Origin: Candidatus Firestoneibacteriota bacterium
GTDB lineage: Bacteria; Oederibacteriota; D2-FULL-39-29; CAIOVX01
NCBI GenBank assembly: GCA_903861835.1
Contig: CAIOVX010000060.1
Location: forward strand, 100,504 to 164,503
Reading direction: 5' to 3'
DNA length: 64,000 nt
Shown here: positions 48,647 to 59,091 of the stretch, piece by piece
Numbering within the stretch: position 1 is the stretch's first letter
Layout: each line of letters begins with the position of its first letter
Notes under the pieces: generated by a model
What the model saw: only the letters and a program-made list of their open reading frames with translations
The model's database searches: none
What the model was told of the DNA's origin: nothing
Translations under genes and position numbers: made by a program

Positions 48647-49507
48647 CTATGCTCTTGGATGCGCTTTCTTGTAAATCTCTTTTAATCTTTCAGTTGTCAC
48701 GTGTGTATATATCTGGGTGGTAGTGAGATTGGAGTGTCCCAGCAGTTCCTGGACGCTCCTTAGATCAGCCCCGTGATTTAGAAGGTGCGTGGCAAAACTA
48801 TGCCGGAGAGAATGGGGACTGATATTCTTGCTCAAACACGCCGCTTTCACCTGCTTATCAACGAGGAAGCGCACCATCCGCTGGTCAAGCTGCCCGCCTT
48901 TGTCGTTGGTAAACAGCCATTCCGAGTCCTGTGTTCTGACCGCCAAATAGGCGCCGGCCGCATCAACTGCCTTTGACCCAACAGGCACAATTCTTTCCTT
49001 AGAACCTTTACCGAAAACTCTGACAATCGCGTTTGCAAGGTCCAGATCTTTGACTTTCAAGCCGGAGAGTTCTCCAACGCGCATTCCCGTGGAATAAAGC
49101 AGCTCCAGCACAGCCAGGTCCCGCGCGCCGTTCTTTTCCTTTATGTTAACCGAGTCAAGCAGGTGCCTTACTTCGTTCTCTTCCAGGAACCTCGGCAGTT
49201 TCTTCTCTTTCCTCGGGAAAGAAATCCCGGAGGCTGGGTTTGTTTTATACAGGCCTTCCCGCTTGAGGAACTTGAAAAAACTCTTCAGGGTCGCAATCTT
49301 GCGTTCCATCGTGGCCTTGCTGAAGTTCCTTCCGCTCATACCTACAACAAATTCTCTGATAGTTACGGGATCAACTTCCTTCGCCTTTTTCTTCTCGAGG
49401 AATCTTATGAATTCGTCAAGATCACCCGAATAGGCCGCGGCCGTATTGGCCGAGTAGTTTCTCTCGTTGGTAATGTAACTCAAGAATTTATTCTTTAGCT
49501 GGCGCAT
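48647..49507 (-). CDS. Tyrosine recombinase XerC/XerD
   Basis: R...HxxR...Y catalytic residues: HSLRHSFATHLL and LGHSNLTTTQIYTHV. Confidence 0.85.
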   Translation of the reverse strand: MRQLKNKFLSYITNERNYSANTAAAYSGDLDEFIRFLEKKKAKEVDPVTIREFVVGMSGRNFSKATMERKIATLKSFFKFLKREGLYKTNPASGISFPRKEKKLPRFLEENEVRHLLDSVNIKEKNGARDLAVLELLYSTGMRVGELSGLKVKDLDLANAIVRVFGKGSKERIVPVGSKAVDAAGAYLAVRTQDSEWLFTNDKGGQLDQRMVRFLVDKQVKAACLSKNISPHSLRHSFATHLLNHGADLRSVQELLGHSNLTTTQIYTHVTTERLKEIYKKAHPRA

Positions 49508-51749
49508 CTTCCTTGGCTTCTTCCTCGTGCTTACATTCCGCGTTGAGGCACTTTATTTTGCCCTTAACCAACGAGGTAACCGGATACCCGCATTTCGTAC
49601 AGGCCTTAGCGACCGGCTTGGCGTTGGTAATAAAGTCGCACTTCGGGTAATTGCCGCAGCCGTAAAAAGACCCTTTCTTGCCGCGCCGCGAGACCACATC
49701 TCCGCCGCATTTCGGGCATTTGATGCCGATTCCGATGGATTTTGTGCTCTTGCATTCCGGGTACTTCTCGCAGGCAAGGAATTTTCCGAACCTGCCAAAT
49801 TTAAGAATCATATTCGCCCCGCATTTCTCGCAGACCACCCCGGTCGGAGCCGTTTCTTCAGCCTCGCCGCCGATGGACTTTGTGCTCTTGCATTCCGGGT
49901 AGCCCGTGCAGGCAAGGAACTTCCCGCGGAAGCCAAACTTAACCGCCATCGGCTTGCCGCATTTCTCGCATTTTTCCGCATTGGGATCGGCTTCCTTCTT
50001 CATTTCTCCGAGAGTCAAGGCTGCCTTGGAAAGTGATTCGGAAAAGGGTTTATAGAAATCCATGACAACTTTCTGCCAGGTGCTGGTGCCTTCTTCAACA
50101 GTATCCAGCTCTTCTTCCATCCCGGCGGTGAATTCCACGTTTAGAATATTCGGGAAATTTTTAACCAGAATATCGCATACGAGAAAACCGAGCTCGGTCG
50201 GTTTAAACCTCTTGTCCAACCTCTCGATATAGTTCCGATCCAAAATTGTGCTTATAATGGCCGCGTAGGTACTCGGCCGTCCGATATTGTTCTCTTCAAG
50301 CGCCTTAACCAGCGAGGCATCGTTGAATCTCGGGGGCGGCTGCGTAAAATGCTGATCCGGTATCAGCTTTACCAGTATGAGCTTTTGCCCCTCTGAAAGC
50401 TTCGGCAGCACCGGATTCTTGTCGGAGTCCGTCTCGTCTTCTTCGCCCTCTTTCTTCTCGTCCTTATCTTCGGTTATGTCATAAACGCTTAAGAAGCCTT
50501 TGAACTTTATGACATTACCCGTAGCTCTGAAAAGATACTCGCCGGCCGCTATATCTATGGAAGTTACCTCGAGCAGAGCTCCCTTCATCTGTGAAGCGAC
50601 GAAGCGCTTCCAGATAAGGTCATAAAGCTTAAACTGGTCCGTGTTAAGGAACTGCTTGATGGCAGCAGGCTCACGGAGTACGGAGGACGGCCGTATTGCT
50701 TCGTGGGCATCCTGTGAATTTTTCTTATTCTTGAAAGTATTCGGGACTTCAGGAAGATTCTCCGCTCCGTATTTGTCTTTAATTAGGCCCCTTACCTCTG
50801 CCAACGCGTCTTCGGAAACCCTTACCGAGTCGGTTCTCATATAGGTTATGAGTCCTGTCTCGCCTTCCTCTCCGACATTGACGCCTTCATACAGGCTCTG
50901 CGCTATCATCATCGTCTTTCTCGCCGTAAAACCGAGCTTCTTGGACGCTTCCTGCTGAAGCGTCGAAGTGATGAATGGCGGAGCAGTGTACCTGTTCTTC
51001 TCCCGGCTGTCTATCTTCCTTACAATATATTCCGCCGAGATACATTCAGAGACTATCTTATCTCCCTCTTCTTTTGTCTTGATGACTGCTTTGGCGCCTT
51101 TCACCTGGATAAGTTTCGCGTTAAACTCCGCAGTCTCCTCACCCTTTAGCCTCGCAATCACGCTCCAGTATTCCACGGGTTTGAAGGCTTCAATTTCCCG
51201 TTCCCGCTCGCAGATCATGCGAAGCGCTACGGACTGCACGCGACCGGCAGAGAGTCCGCGCTGTATACTCTTCCAGAGCAGCGGGCTGATCTTATAACCG
51301 ACCAGCCTGTCAAGGATGCGCCTCGCCTGCTGGGCGTAGACAAGGTTGGCGTTAATCTCGCGCGGCGAAGCAAGGGCCGCGAGCACGGCTTTTTTTGTAA
51401 TTTCATTGAACTCTATCCTGTGCGTTTCTTTCTTTTCAAGTTTTAGTTTGTTCTTTAGGTGATAACTGATGGCTTCGCCTTCCCTGTCCGGATCGGTCGC
51501 GAAGTATATGATATCCGCTTTGGAGGCGGCAGCCGTAATTTCTTTCAGCATCTTGCTCTTTGTGCGCATTACTATGTACGACGGCTCAAAATTATTCTCT
51601 TCGTCAAGCCCGAGCTTACTCTTGGGCAGGTCAATAATATGCCCCATCGTCGCCCGGACCGTATAGGTTTTGTCCAGGAACTGGGTGATAGTGTGCACCT
51701 TTGTAGGAGACTCCACCAGTATAAGTTTCTTGCTTACTTTATTTGCCAT
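49488..51749 (-). CDS. topA: DNA topoisomerase I with C-terminal zinc ribbons
   Basis: TOPRIM, the Tyr region, and several C4 zinc fingers (CEKCGKPM..., CEKCGANM..., CPKCGG...). Confidence 0.9.
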   Translation of the reverse strand: MANKVSKKLILVESPTKVHTITQFLDKTYTVRATMGHIIDLPKSKLGLDEENNFEPSYIVMRTKSKMLKEITAAASKADIIYFATDPDREGEAISYHLKNKLKLEKKETHRIEFNEITKKAVLAALASPREINANLVYAQQARRILDRLVGYKISPLLWKSIQRGLSAGRVQSVALRMICEREREIEAFKPVEYWSVIARLKGEETAEFNAKLIQVKGAKAVIKTKEEGDKIVSECISAEYIVRKIDSREKNRYTAPPFITSTLQQEASKKLGFTARKTMMIAQSLYEGVNVGEEGETGLITYMRTDSVRVSEDALAEVRGLIKDKYGAENLPEVPNTFKNKKNSQDAHEAIRPSSVLREPAAIKQFLNTDQFKLYDLIWKRFVASQMKGALLEVTSIDIAAGEYLFRATGNVIKFKGFLSVYDITEDKDEKKEGEEDETDSDKNPVLPKLSEGQKLILVKLIPDQHFTQPPPRFNDASLVKALEENNIGRPSTYAAIISTILDRNYIERLDKRFKPTELGFLVCDILVKNFPNILNVEFTAGMEEELDTVEEGTSTWQKVVMDFYKPFSESLSKAALTLGEMKKEADPNAEKCEKCGKPMAVKFGFRGKFLACTGYPECKSTKSIGGEAEETAPTGVVCEKCGANMILKFGRFGKFLACEKYPECKSTKSIGIGIKCPKCGGDVVSRRGKKGSFYGCGNYPKCDFITNAKPVAKACTKCGYPVTSLVKGKIKCLNAECKHEEEAKEDAPAKE

Positions 51750-51770
51750 TCTTGACCGCTCCTTTTGCCG

Positions 51771-52829
51771 TTATTTGCGGGCCTTTACGAATATTTTCCC
51801 CTGATACTGCTTCAGATAACCCTTTAATTCCAGACCGACAAGCACAGAAAGCACTTTACTTACTTGCATTCCGCAGGTCTTGGCTATATCGTCCACGTGA
51901 ATCTCTCCTTCTACGGCAGAAAATACACGACTTTCTTCCTCGGAAAGGCTGATTATCGGTAGTTCTATCTGTCCGCTCCTGTTAAAAAATCCTTCGGGGA
52001 GCACTCCTGACAGTTCGCTTACAATATCCTCGGCGCTTTCTACCAGCTTTGCGCCGGCTTTAATCAGCCCGTTAGTACCTTTGCTCATTGCGCTCGTTAC
52101 ATTTCCGGGGAGCGCAAAAACCTCGCGCCCCTGTTCAAGCGCGTATTTAGCAGTGATAAGAGCCCCGCTTTTTTCACCCGCTTCAATAACCAGCGAGCCG
52201 AGTGAGAGCCCGCTGATAACACGATTCCTGCGCGGAAAATTCCACTTTTCTGGGCCCAGCAACAGCGGAAACTCAGAAATAAGCGCCCCGTTTTCGCAAA
52301 TCTTTTCGGCAAGCCCGCGATTCTCTTCCGGATATATTTTCAAGAGTCCGGTCCCGAGCACAGCCAATGTCCTGCCGCCTCTCTTTAGCACAGCCCCGTG
52401 CGCCGCGGAATCTATCCCTCGTGCAAGACCGCTGACAACACAAAACCCCAGAGCCGACACTTCAGCCGAAAGCTTTTCGGCCTGGCTTCTGCCGTAAACC
52501 GAGGGCTTCCGGCTTCCTACTACGCCTATGGCAATGAGATCTTCCTGCTTGAGTTCGCCCTTTATATAAAGGATGTAGGGCGGGTCCGGAATGTATCTTA
52601 GTGGAGCGGGGTATCCGGGATCTTCAATCCCGAGTATCTTCACATGTGATTTGCCGGAAAAAACTATCTCTTTGTCGGCGGCAATAAGCGCCTCTTTCTC
52701 TTCCTTCCCCTTATGCTTCAGGGCTTCCCGGAGAACAAGCGCATCGTCGCGCAGCTTTTCCTTGAGCTCCCTGTACATAAGGGGAGTCACTCCCGCGATA
52801 TTAAGCGCGGCCAGTTCCCTTATGCTCAA
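51771..52829 (-). CDS. dprA: DNA processing protein DprA (Smf)
   Basis: GLARGIDSAAH motif and the Rossmann DprA domain. TTG start with GGGAG SD. Confidence 0.85.
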   Translation of the reverse strand: MSIRELAALNIAGVTPLMYRELKEKLRDDALVLREALKHKGKEEKEALIAADKEIVFSGKSHVKILGIEDPGYPAPLRYIPDPPYILYIKGELKQEDLIAIGVVGSRKPSVYGRSQAEKLSAEVSALGFCVVSGLARGIDSAAHGAVLKRGGRTLAVLGTGLLKIYPEENRGLAEKICENGALISEFPLLLGPEKWNFPRRNRVISGLSLGSLVIEAGEKSGALITAKYALEQGREVFALPGNVTSAMSKGTNGLIKAGAKLVESAEDIVSELSGVLPEGFFNRSGQIELPIISLSEEESRVFSAVEGEIHVDDIAKTCGMQVSKVLSVLVGLELKGYLKQYQGKIFVKARK

Positions 52830-52884
52830 AACAACTCCCGTAAAAAGACTGAATGATACTTTTGCAATTATTCAGAACCAAGCC

Positions 52885-52914
52885 ATTATATAAATAAATC
52901 CTGTCTTATGTCAA
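52885..52914 (-). promoter_or_regulatory. Sigma70 promoter TTGACA-18-TATAAT upstream of dprA-topA-xer-arg
   Basis: -35 is the reverse complement of 52909..52914. -10 is the reverse complement of 52885..52890. Confidence 0.55.
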
Positions 52915-52935
52915 TAACCGCAAGAAGCGGCCAAG

Positions 52936-54075
52936 TTAGCGCAATTTCTCTTCAAACCACCTAAAAGCGTCTTCCTGCATTGAAACATCGAACTTGTGAC
53001 CGCCGGGATAAAACATGCCTCTGTAATTTCCGGCGGCGTTAGCCTTTTTATATATGGCGGCAAGCCTTCTATCTGCGTCCTGCTGCCCTTTCAGCGTATA
53101 GAGTCCGTCGTGAATATCATACTGAACCATGAGCGGCGCGGGAATTCTGATAGCAGCCATATCGGTATAATCCATATAGCGCGACTGGTAGGGGAGGTTC
53201 AGCATCCAGGTGTGGTTCTTGATGCGGTTATCCAGAAATCCTTCGAAAGTATCCATGAAACCAATGCAAACCGCGCATTTTATTCTTTCGTCCAGACCGG
53301 CAAGATAGGCGGTCCTTAATCCTCCGCCGGATAACCCAAGGCAGCCTACTCTTTTCGGATCTACTTCCTTTCTGGTAAGGAGGAAATCAACTGCCCGCCT
53401 GTCTTCGTAAGAGAAGACCCCCTGGATAGTAGTCCCGAGGGTAATCAGATATTTGGCAATTACATTTTCGTAGTCCCGCTGGATTAAATTGTACGACTTT
53501 ATGTAGCCCTCGGAACCGGGTTTTTTCCCTTTAAGCGGCTCAAGAAAAACATCTGAGAGCTCGCTTTCATGGAACCTGCGGCTGCCCCACATAAAACAGT
53601 CGTGGACCAGCACTGCAAAACCCTGCTTTGCCAGCTCGTTGGCGTAGGCGCGCCCACCGTAGTAATCATCCCTGTATCCCTTGAGCATTCTGTGCTCATC
53701 GGGAATTTCCGTAATCTTTTCCTTTCCGAAATACTTAAAACCCCCGTGATCATGCAGGGCAAGTATTCCCGGAAGCTTGCCCTTAACTCCCTCGGGATAT
53801 AGGAAAAAGGCTTCTGTTTTTGGACCGTAAGACAAAGAGTATTCCAATTTCTCTATTATGATGCCGTCTTTCCTTACTTTCGCTTTTATTCTTTGAGAAA
53901 ACGGGACCTCTTTAGGGGCAAACGCCAAAAGGTCATGCATTTTTTTGCGGGCCTTCCTGCTCCAGGCAGAAACAGTCTGCCTCCCTGCGTTTAGAAATGA
54001 AAGCGGATATTTGTTTCCTGCGGACATCAGGTCTATAAGTCCGGTATAACCGGCAAAATCATTCTTTTTCTTCAT
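52936..54075 (-). CDS. Alpha/beta hydrolase (acetyl-xylan-esterase / dienelactone-hydrolase-like)
   Basis: GLSGGG nucleophile motif, with HDHGG upstream of it. Confidence 0.65.
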   Translation of the reverse strand: MKKKNDFAGYTGLIDLMSAGNKYPLSFLNAGRQTVSAWSRKARKKMHDLLAFAPKEVPFSQRIKAKVRKDGIIIEKLEYSLSYGPKTEAFFLYPEGVKGKLPGILALHDHGGFKYFGKEKITEIPDEHRMLKGYRDDYYGGRAYANELAKQGFAVLVHDCFMWGSRRFHESELSDVFLEPLKGKKPGSEGYIKSYNLIQRDYENVIAKYLITLGTTIQGVFSYEDRRAVDFLLTRKEVDPKRVGCLGLSGGGLRTAYLAGLDERIKCAVCIGFMDTFEGFLDNRIKNHTWMLNLPYQSRYMDYTDMAAIRIPAPLMVQYDIHDGLYTLKGQQDADRRLAAIYKKANAAGNYRGMFYPGGHKFDVSMQEDAFRWFEEKLR

Positions 54076-54120
54076 GAGCCCTCCGACTTCCAGTCCATTG
54101 TAGCAAAAGGCCGCCTAACA

Positions 54121-54156
54121 AAAAAGGGCTCCCGCTCTCGCGGAAGCCCTTTTGTT
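54121..54156. terminator. Bidirectional rho-independent terminator after rplQ
   Basis: GGGCTCCCGC, loop TCTC, GCGGAAGCCC, flanked by A5 and T-rich runs. Confidence 0.7.
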
Positions 54157-54161
54157 CTCTT

Positions 54162-54608
54162 TTATTTCTTTGTAACTTCTGTCTTCTTGGCGTCTTTAAC
54201 TTCAGCCACCGCTTCTTTGCCCTCTTTTTTGACCTTTTTTTCCTTCTTTACACGGTCAACGAGTTCAATTATCGCGATTAAAGCATTGTCGCCTTTCCTG
54301 TTTCTAAGCTTCATTATCCTGGTATAGCCGCCTTGCCTGTCCTTGTACCTCGGGGCAATGACTTTTACCAGTTTCCCGACAGTGTCCTTATTATGAAGGA
54401 GCGCGCCTTCAAGCAGCCTGATATTCGCCAGCCCGCCCCTCTTCGCCCAAGTGATCATCCGTTCTGCTTTTACACGGAGAAGCTTCGCCTTTGCAAGGGT
54501 TGTTTCAATCCTTTCGTGACGGAAGAGAGAAATCGCCATATTGCTGAGCAGCGCTTTCTTATGCTCGTATGTTCTGCCTAATTTTTTATCCGCAACTCTA
54601 TGCCTCAT
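54162..54608 (-). CDS. rplQ: 50S ribosomal protein L17
   Basis: Family-level similarity to L17, with a Lys-rich C-terminal extension. Gene order rpoA-rplQ. Confidence 0.9.
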   Translation of the reverse strand: MRHRVADKKLGRTYEHKKALLSNMAISLFRHERIETTLAKAKLLRVKAERMITWAKRGGLANIRLLEGALLHNKDTVGKLVKVIAPRYKDRQGGYTRIMKLRNRKGDNALIAIIELVDRVKKEKKVKKEGKEAVAEVKDAKKTEVTKK

Positions 54609-54632
54609 AATCAGCTCCCTTTATCTTTTTCT

Positions 54633-55634
54633 TTATTCCGGTGTTTCGGTCTTAAACTCTTCAAGGATCTCCGGCGACAGGTTCATGCCGAAGGAAAGTC
54701 CCATCGTGCCGAGTATGTCGCTGATTTCCTTGAGAGACTTTTTGCCGAAATTCCTGTATTTCAACATATCTGACTCGCTCTTTGAAACCAGCTCGCCTAT
54801 GCTCTTGATGCCTGCAACCTTAAGGCAGTTCGCTGACCTGACGGATAGCTCAAGTTCGTCCACGCTCTTCTTAAGAATTTCTTTGAGTTTTTCTTTGTCT
54901 TTGTCAACCGGGGTTTCTTCCTCAACTTCCATATCCTCTTCGATATTGATAAATATCGGAAGATGGTCTCTCATGATTTTAGCAGAGAAGGAAAGCGCGT
55001 CTTCCGGTTTAATCCTGCCGTCCGTCCAGATCTCGAGCACGAGTTTTTCGTAGTCGGTTATCTGTCCGACCCTGGTGTTCTCTACTTTGAAATTCACCTT
55101 GCTCACCGGGGTGTAGATTGAATCAACGGCAATGGTGCCTATGGGTGCTTCATCTTTCTTGTTCTGTTCGGCCGGAACATAGCCCCTGCCGGAATCCACA
55201 GTCAGCTCAATGTGTATCTTCGAACTGGGGTTTGACAGCGTGCAGATTACAAGTTCCGGGTTTATGATCTCGACTTCGGCGTCTTCCTTAATATCAGAAG
55301 CCTTGACCACTTTCTGTCCCTTGACATTCAGCTCTATTTTTTTCTGGTTAGAGCCATTCAGCCTGATTTTAAGCTGCTTGATGTTAAGGATTATATCTGT
55401 CACGTCCTCGGACACGCCGGCAAGCGTGCCGAACTCGTGGCTTACGCCGTCTATCTTTACGCTGGTTACAGCGGCAGCCTGTATCGAAGAAAGAAGCACG
55501 CGCCTTAAAGCCGTACCTATGGTCTGGCCGTAGCCTCTCTCAAAAGGTTCCGCAACGAACTTCCCGTAAGTGCCGGTAAGTGTTTCCTTTTCGGGTTCAA
55601 GCTTGCTCGGCATCTCCATTCTTTTCCACTTCAT
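54633..55634 (-). CDS. rpoA: DNA-directed RNA polymerase alpha subunit
   Basis: Family-level similarity to RpoA. N-terminal and C-terminal domains both present. Confidence 0.9.
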   Translation of the reverse strand: MKWKRMEMPSKLEPEKETLTGTYGKFVAEPFERGYGQTIGTALRRVLLSSIQAAAVTSVKIDGVSHEFGTLAGVSEDVTDIILNIKQLKIRLNGSNQKKIELNVKGQKVVKASDIKEDAEVEIINPELVICTLSNPSSKIHIELTVDSGRGYVPAEQNKKDEAPIGTIAVDSIYTPVSKVNFKVENTRVGQITDYEKLVLEIWTDGRIKPEDALSFSAKIMRDHLPIFINIEEDMEVEEETPVDKDKEKLKEILKKSVDELELSVRSANCLKVAGIKSIGELVSKSESDMLKYRNFGKKSLKEISDILGTMGLSFGMNLSPEILEEFKTETPE

Positions 55635-55659
55635 ATTTTGTTTCCCCCTTGAGGAATTT

Positions 55660-56295
55660 TTACCTTCTGTAGAACTCGACGATGAGCTGATCGTTTATTA
55701 CGGCGCCGATTTCGTCTTTTTCCGGCATCTTCTTGAAAGTCGCAGTAAGCAGTTCATGATTTACTTCAAGCCAGCCGCCCTGCGGAAGCATACCGCGTTC
55801 CTTGATTCTCACAACCGCAGCCTTGACTCCGACAAGTTCTTTTGACTTGTCCTTGAGCGAGACCACGTCATTGGGCTTCATTATGTAGGAAGGAATATTT
55901 ACGCGTTTCCCGTTCACCAGTATATGCCCGTGAAGCACCAGCTGTCTTGCCTGGTCCCTGGAACCGCCGAAACCTGCGCGGTAAACGATATTGTCAAGAC
56001 GGCTCTCAAGCAACTTGAGCAGGTAAAGTCCCGTTACGCCGGGTTTGCTCGCAGCGATTGAGAAAAACCGTTTGAACTGGGCTTCATTTAAGCCATAGAT
56101 TCTTTTCGCTTTCTGTTTTTCGCGAAGCCTTATCCCATATTCGGAAGGCTTCCTGGTCATCTTGCCGTGCTGTCCCGGGGCGTAATCGCGTTTTTCGAGA
56201 GCGCACTTCGGGGTGAAACATCTGTCGCCTTTCAGGAAAAGTTTTGTCTTTTCTCTGCGGCACAACCTGCATTTAGAACCGGTATTCCTTGACAA
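55660..56295 (-). CDS. rpsD: 30S ribosomal protein S4
   Basis: Family-level similarity to S4. Zinc-ribbon-like [18 protein letters not shown] at the N-terminus. Confidence 0.9.
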   Translation of the reverse strand: MSRNTGSKCRLCRREKTKLFLKGDRCFTPKCALEKRDYAPGQHGKMTRKPSEYGIRLREKQKAKRIYGLNEAQFKRFFSIAASKPGVTGLYLLKLLESRLDNIVYRAGFGGSRDQARQLVLHGHILVNGKRVNIPSYIMKPNDVVSLKDKSKELVGVKAAVVRIKERGMLPQGGWLEVNHELLTATFKKMPEKDEIGAVINDQLIVEFYRR

Positions 56296-56378
56296 TTGTA
56301 TTTCCTCCTGTTTTTCTCTTTCAGTTTACAGCCGTAGCCTTAATCCTGAAAGTTATCAGCCGATTATGACGGCCGGTT

Positions 56379-56855
56379 TTAGACTCTTCTCTTCTTTCTG
56401 GGCCTGCAGCCGTTGTGCGGTATCGGGGTAACGTCTTTGATTACCGCTATCTTTAACCCGATGGTTTGAACTGCCCTGATGGCGGATTCCCTTCCCGCTC
56501 CGGGACCTTTTACGTGGACTTCCGCGTGAGTTATTCCCTTATCCATGGCTTTCCTGGTTGCCTGTTCGGCTGCTATCTGCGCCGCGAACGGGGTTCCCTT
56601 CTTTGAACCTTTGAATCCAAGACCGCAGGAACCCGCGCTGCTCCAGGCAACTACGGCTCCCGACATGTCGGTTATGGATACAATCGTATTGTTGAAAGTC
56701 GAATGTATATGAACCACGCCTCTCTTCATCGGCCGGTTTCTGACTTCCCTTACCGGAGCCACAGGCACTGCGGCAGGCGCTGCTGCCGTGGGCGCCGCTG
56801 GTGCAGCTGCCGCCGGCTTTACGTCTTTAGGTGTTTCCTTTTTTATCTCGCTCAT
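56379..56855 (-). CDS. rpsK: 30S ribosomal protein S11 with an Ala/Pro-rich N-terminal extension
   Basis: S11 core follows about 30 residues of [22 protein letters not shown]. Confidence 0.85.
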   Translation of the reverse strand: MSEIKKETPKDVKPAAAAPAAPTAAAPAAVPVAPVREVRNRPMKRGVVHIHSTFNNTIVSITDMSGAVVAWSSAGSCGLGFKGSKKGTPFAAQIAAEQATRKAMDKGITHAEVHVKGPGAGRESAIRAVQTIGLKIAVIKDVTPIPHNGCRPRKKRRV

Positions 56856-56868
56856 TTAATATTTCTCC

Positions 56869-57264
56869 TTAGTCCTTCTTTTCCATTGTAGCTTTAACTT
56901 CTTTTCTCATTACGCCGACCGTCTTTCTCTTTCCTTTCCTGGTCCTGGCGTTGGTTTTTGTCCTCTGGCCGCGCACCGGCAGGTTCCTCTTGTGACGGAG
57001 CCCTCTATATGATCCGATGTCGATGAGACGCTTAATGTTCATGGAAATCTCTCTGCGGAGATCGCCTTCGACGCGGTATTCCTGGAGCGCTTCCCTTATC
57101 TTCTTAATGTCCTGCTCAGTTAGCGCGGAAACCCTGAGTGACGGGTCAACGCCTATCTCTTTCAGTATTTTTTTGCCCAGGGACCAACCAATACCGTAAA
57201 TATACGGAAGGGCCGCGTCTATCCTTTTGTTCTTGGGCAGATCAACACCCGCAATTCTAGCCAT
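56869..57264 (-). CDS. rpsM: 30S ribosomal protein S13
   Basis: Family-level similarity to S13, with [10 protein letters not shown] at the N-terminus. Confidence 0.9.
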   Translation of the reverse strand: MARIAGVDLPKNKRIDAALPYIYGIGWSLGKKILKEIGVDPSLRVSALTEQDIKKIREALQEYRVEGDLRREISMNIKRLIDIGSYRGLRHKRNLPVRGQRTKTNARTRKGKRKTVGVMRKEVKATMEKKD

Positions 57265-57336
57265 ACTTGTTCTCCTTGAATTTATTCCTTCACATTAGCA
57301 GCTCGGCACGCAGAGCGTTCCGGCGCCGCTTGCCGC

Positions 57337-57450
57337 TTATCCCTGGCGCTGTTTGTGTTTCGGGTTGGTGCATATTACCCGAATCACACCCTTGCGCTTT
57401 ATTACCTTACATTTGTCGCATATTTTTTTTACCGAAGCTCTTACTTTCAT
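57337..57450 (-). CDS. rpmJ: 50S ribosomal protein L36
   Basis: Hand-translated [37 protein letters not shown]. Absent from the ORF track because it is under 60 aa. Confidence 0.8.
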   Translation of the reverse strand: MKVRASVKKICDKCKVIKRKGVIRVICTNPKHKQRQG

Positions 57451-57452
57451 AA

Positions 57453-57671
57453 TCACCCTATCCTATAAGTTATCCTGCCCCGCGTAAGATCATACGGTGA
57501 CAGTTCTAGTTTTATCTTGTCGCCCGGGAGCAGTCTGATGTAATGCATTCTCATTTTCCCGGAAATATGGGCAAGCACCTTATGCCCGTTATCAAGTTCA
57601 ACCCTAAACATCGCGTTGGGGAGAGACTCAAGTATCTTGCCCTCTACTTCAATGCTTCCTTCCCTTGCCAT
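57453..57671 (-). CDS. infA: Translation initiation factor IF-1
   Basis: 72 aa S1-like OB fold, IF-1 family. Confidence 0.9.
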   Translation of the reverse strand: MAREGSIEVEGKILESLPNAMFRVELDNGHKVLAHISGKMRMHYIRLLPGDKIKLELSPYDLTRGRITYRIG

Positions 57672-57685
57672 TTTTTACCTTTACC

Positions 57686-58432
57686 TCACAGCGCGGTAAG
57701 GACATCCACGCCGCCCTTTACCACTGCCACGGCCGCTTCAACATGCGCCGACAGCTTTTTGTCTTTGGTGGTTACAGTCCAGCCGTCGTCTCCGACAACC
57801 ACATTGGAAACACCGGCATTTATCATCGGCTCAATACAGAAGGTCATCCCTTCTACAAGCCTTACTCCCGTCCCCGGTTTACCGTAGTTCGGGACTTGAA
57901 GATCTTCGTGAAGGCTCCTGCCTATCCCGTGGCCGGTAAAATCCCTGACCACCGAATAACCGTTCGCCTCGGCTTTGGACTGGACCGCGTAAGCAACATC
58001 ACCCATCCGCGCGTCCGGTTTCACCTGCGCAATCGAATCAGCCAAACACTCTCTCGCGACTCGAAGCAGCATTTCCGCTTCCCTGCTCACGGCGCCCGCG
58101 GGGAAAGATCCCGCCACATCGCCGAAGAAACCGTCTTTAATCACTCCGACATCAAGACTCACGATGTCACCTTTCTTTATCTTTCTCGCTGAAGGTATAC
58201 CGTGCACCACCTCTTCGTTAAGAGAGATGCAGATATTTGCGGGGTAGCCCCTGTAGCCTTTGAAAGCCGATACAGCCCCTGCCTTCTCCATCAGCGAAAC
58301 CGCGAACCTGTCAAGTTCGGAGGTCTTGACCCCCGGCTTTACTGCTTCGCTGACCTTTTTCAATACTTCAGCGGCAATCCTGCCCGCCGCTCTTAAACAC
58401 TCTATCTCTGAAGCGCTCTTTAAAATAAGCAT
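57686..58432 (-). CDS. map: Methionine aminopeptidase type I
   Basis: Family-level similarity to MetAP-I, including the metal-ligand residues. Confidence 0.9.
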   Translation of the reverse strand: MLILKSASEIECLRAAGRIAAEVLKKVSEAVKPGVKTSELDRFAVSLMEKAGAVSAFKGYRGYPANICISLNEEVVHGIPSARKIKKGDIVSLDVGVIKDGFFGDVAGSFPAGAVSREAEMLLRVARECLADSIAQVKPDARMGDVAYAVQSKAEANGYSVVRDFTGHGIGRSLHEDLQVPNYGKPGTGVRLVEGMTFCIEPMINAGVSNVVVGDDGWTVTTKDKKLSAHVEAAVAVVKGGVDVLTAL

Positions 58433-59091
58433 TAAACCAGTTTTTTGTCTTTCAGAAGCTTTTTAAGAGAATCTATTATCTCGGCGATGCCTTTTTCCGC
58501 TGCTACATCGCTAAGCAGCCCTTTCTGCTGATAGAACTCTATCAGCGGCTGCGTGTCTCTCATATATACGGTCAGACGGTTCTTAATGGTCGCTTCATTG
58601 TCATCCGCGCGCTGGTAAAGCTCTCCGCCGCACTTATCGCAAATCTTCTCGCCCTTCGCCGAAGGCTGTGAGAATATGTTAAAGATTGCGCCGCAGGACT
58701 TGCATACCCGCCTGCTGGTAAGCCTCTTCAAAACAAGAGCGTCGGAAACCTGAAGATTTACGACCAAATCTATATTTAAAGAAAGCTCTTTCATTGTTTT
58801 ATCGAGCTCTACTGCCTGATTTAAAGTCCTGGGGTAGCCGTCCAGCATGAAACCTTTTTTGCAGTCTGCCTGCTTGACCCTGTTTTTCAGTATGTTATTG
58901 ATGATATCATCGGAAACCAGACCGCCGCTTTTCATAATCGACTCGGCCTTTTTACCTATCTCAGTTCCTTCTTTAACTTCCTTGCGGAGCATATCCCCGG
59001 TGGATATCTTTGGCAGATTGAACTCCTTTGTCATCACGTCGCCTGTCGTGCCTTTGCCTGCACCCGGAGCGCCGAGAATTATCAGTATCAT
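58432..59091 (-). CDS. adk: Adenylate kinase with a zinc lid
   Basis: GAPGAGKGT P-loop, plus CKSC...CDKC in the lid. Confidence 0.9.
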   Translation of the reverse strand: MILIILGAPGAGKGTTGDVMTKEFNLPKISTGDMLRKEVKEGTEIGKKAESIMKSGGLVSDDIINNILKNRVKQADCKKGFMLDGYPRTLNQAVELDKTMKELSLNIDLVVNLQVSDALVLKRLTSRRVCKSCGAIFNIFSQPSAKGEKICDKCGGELYQRADDNEATIKNRLTVYMRDTQPLIEFYQQKGLLSDVAAEKGIAEIIDSLKKLLKDKKLV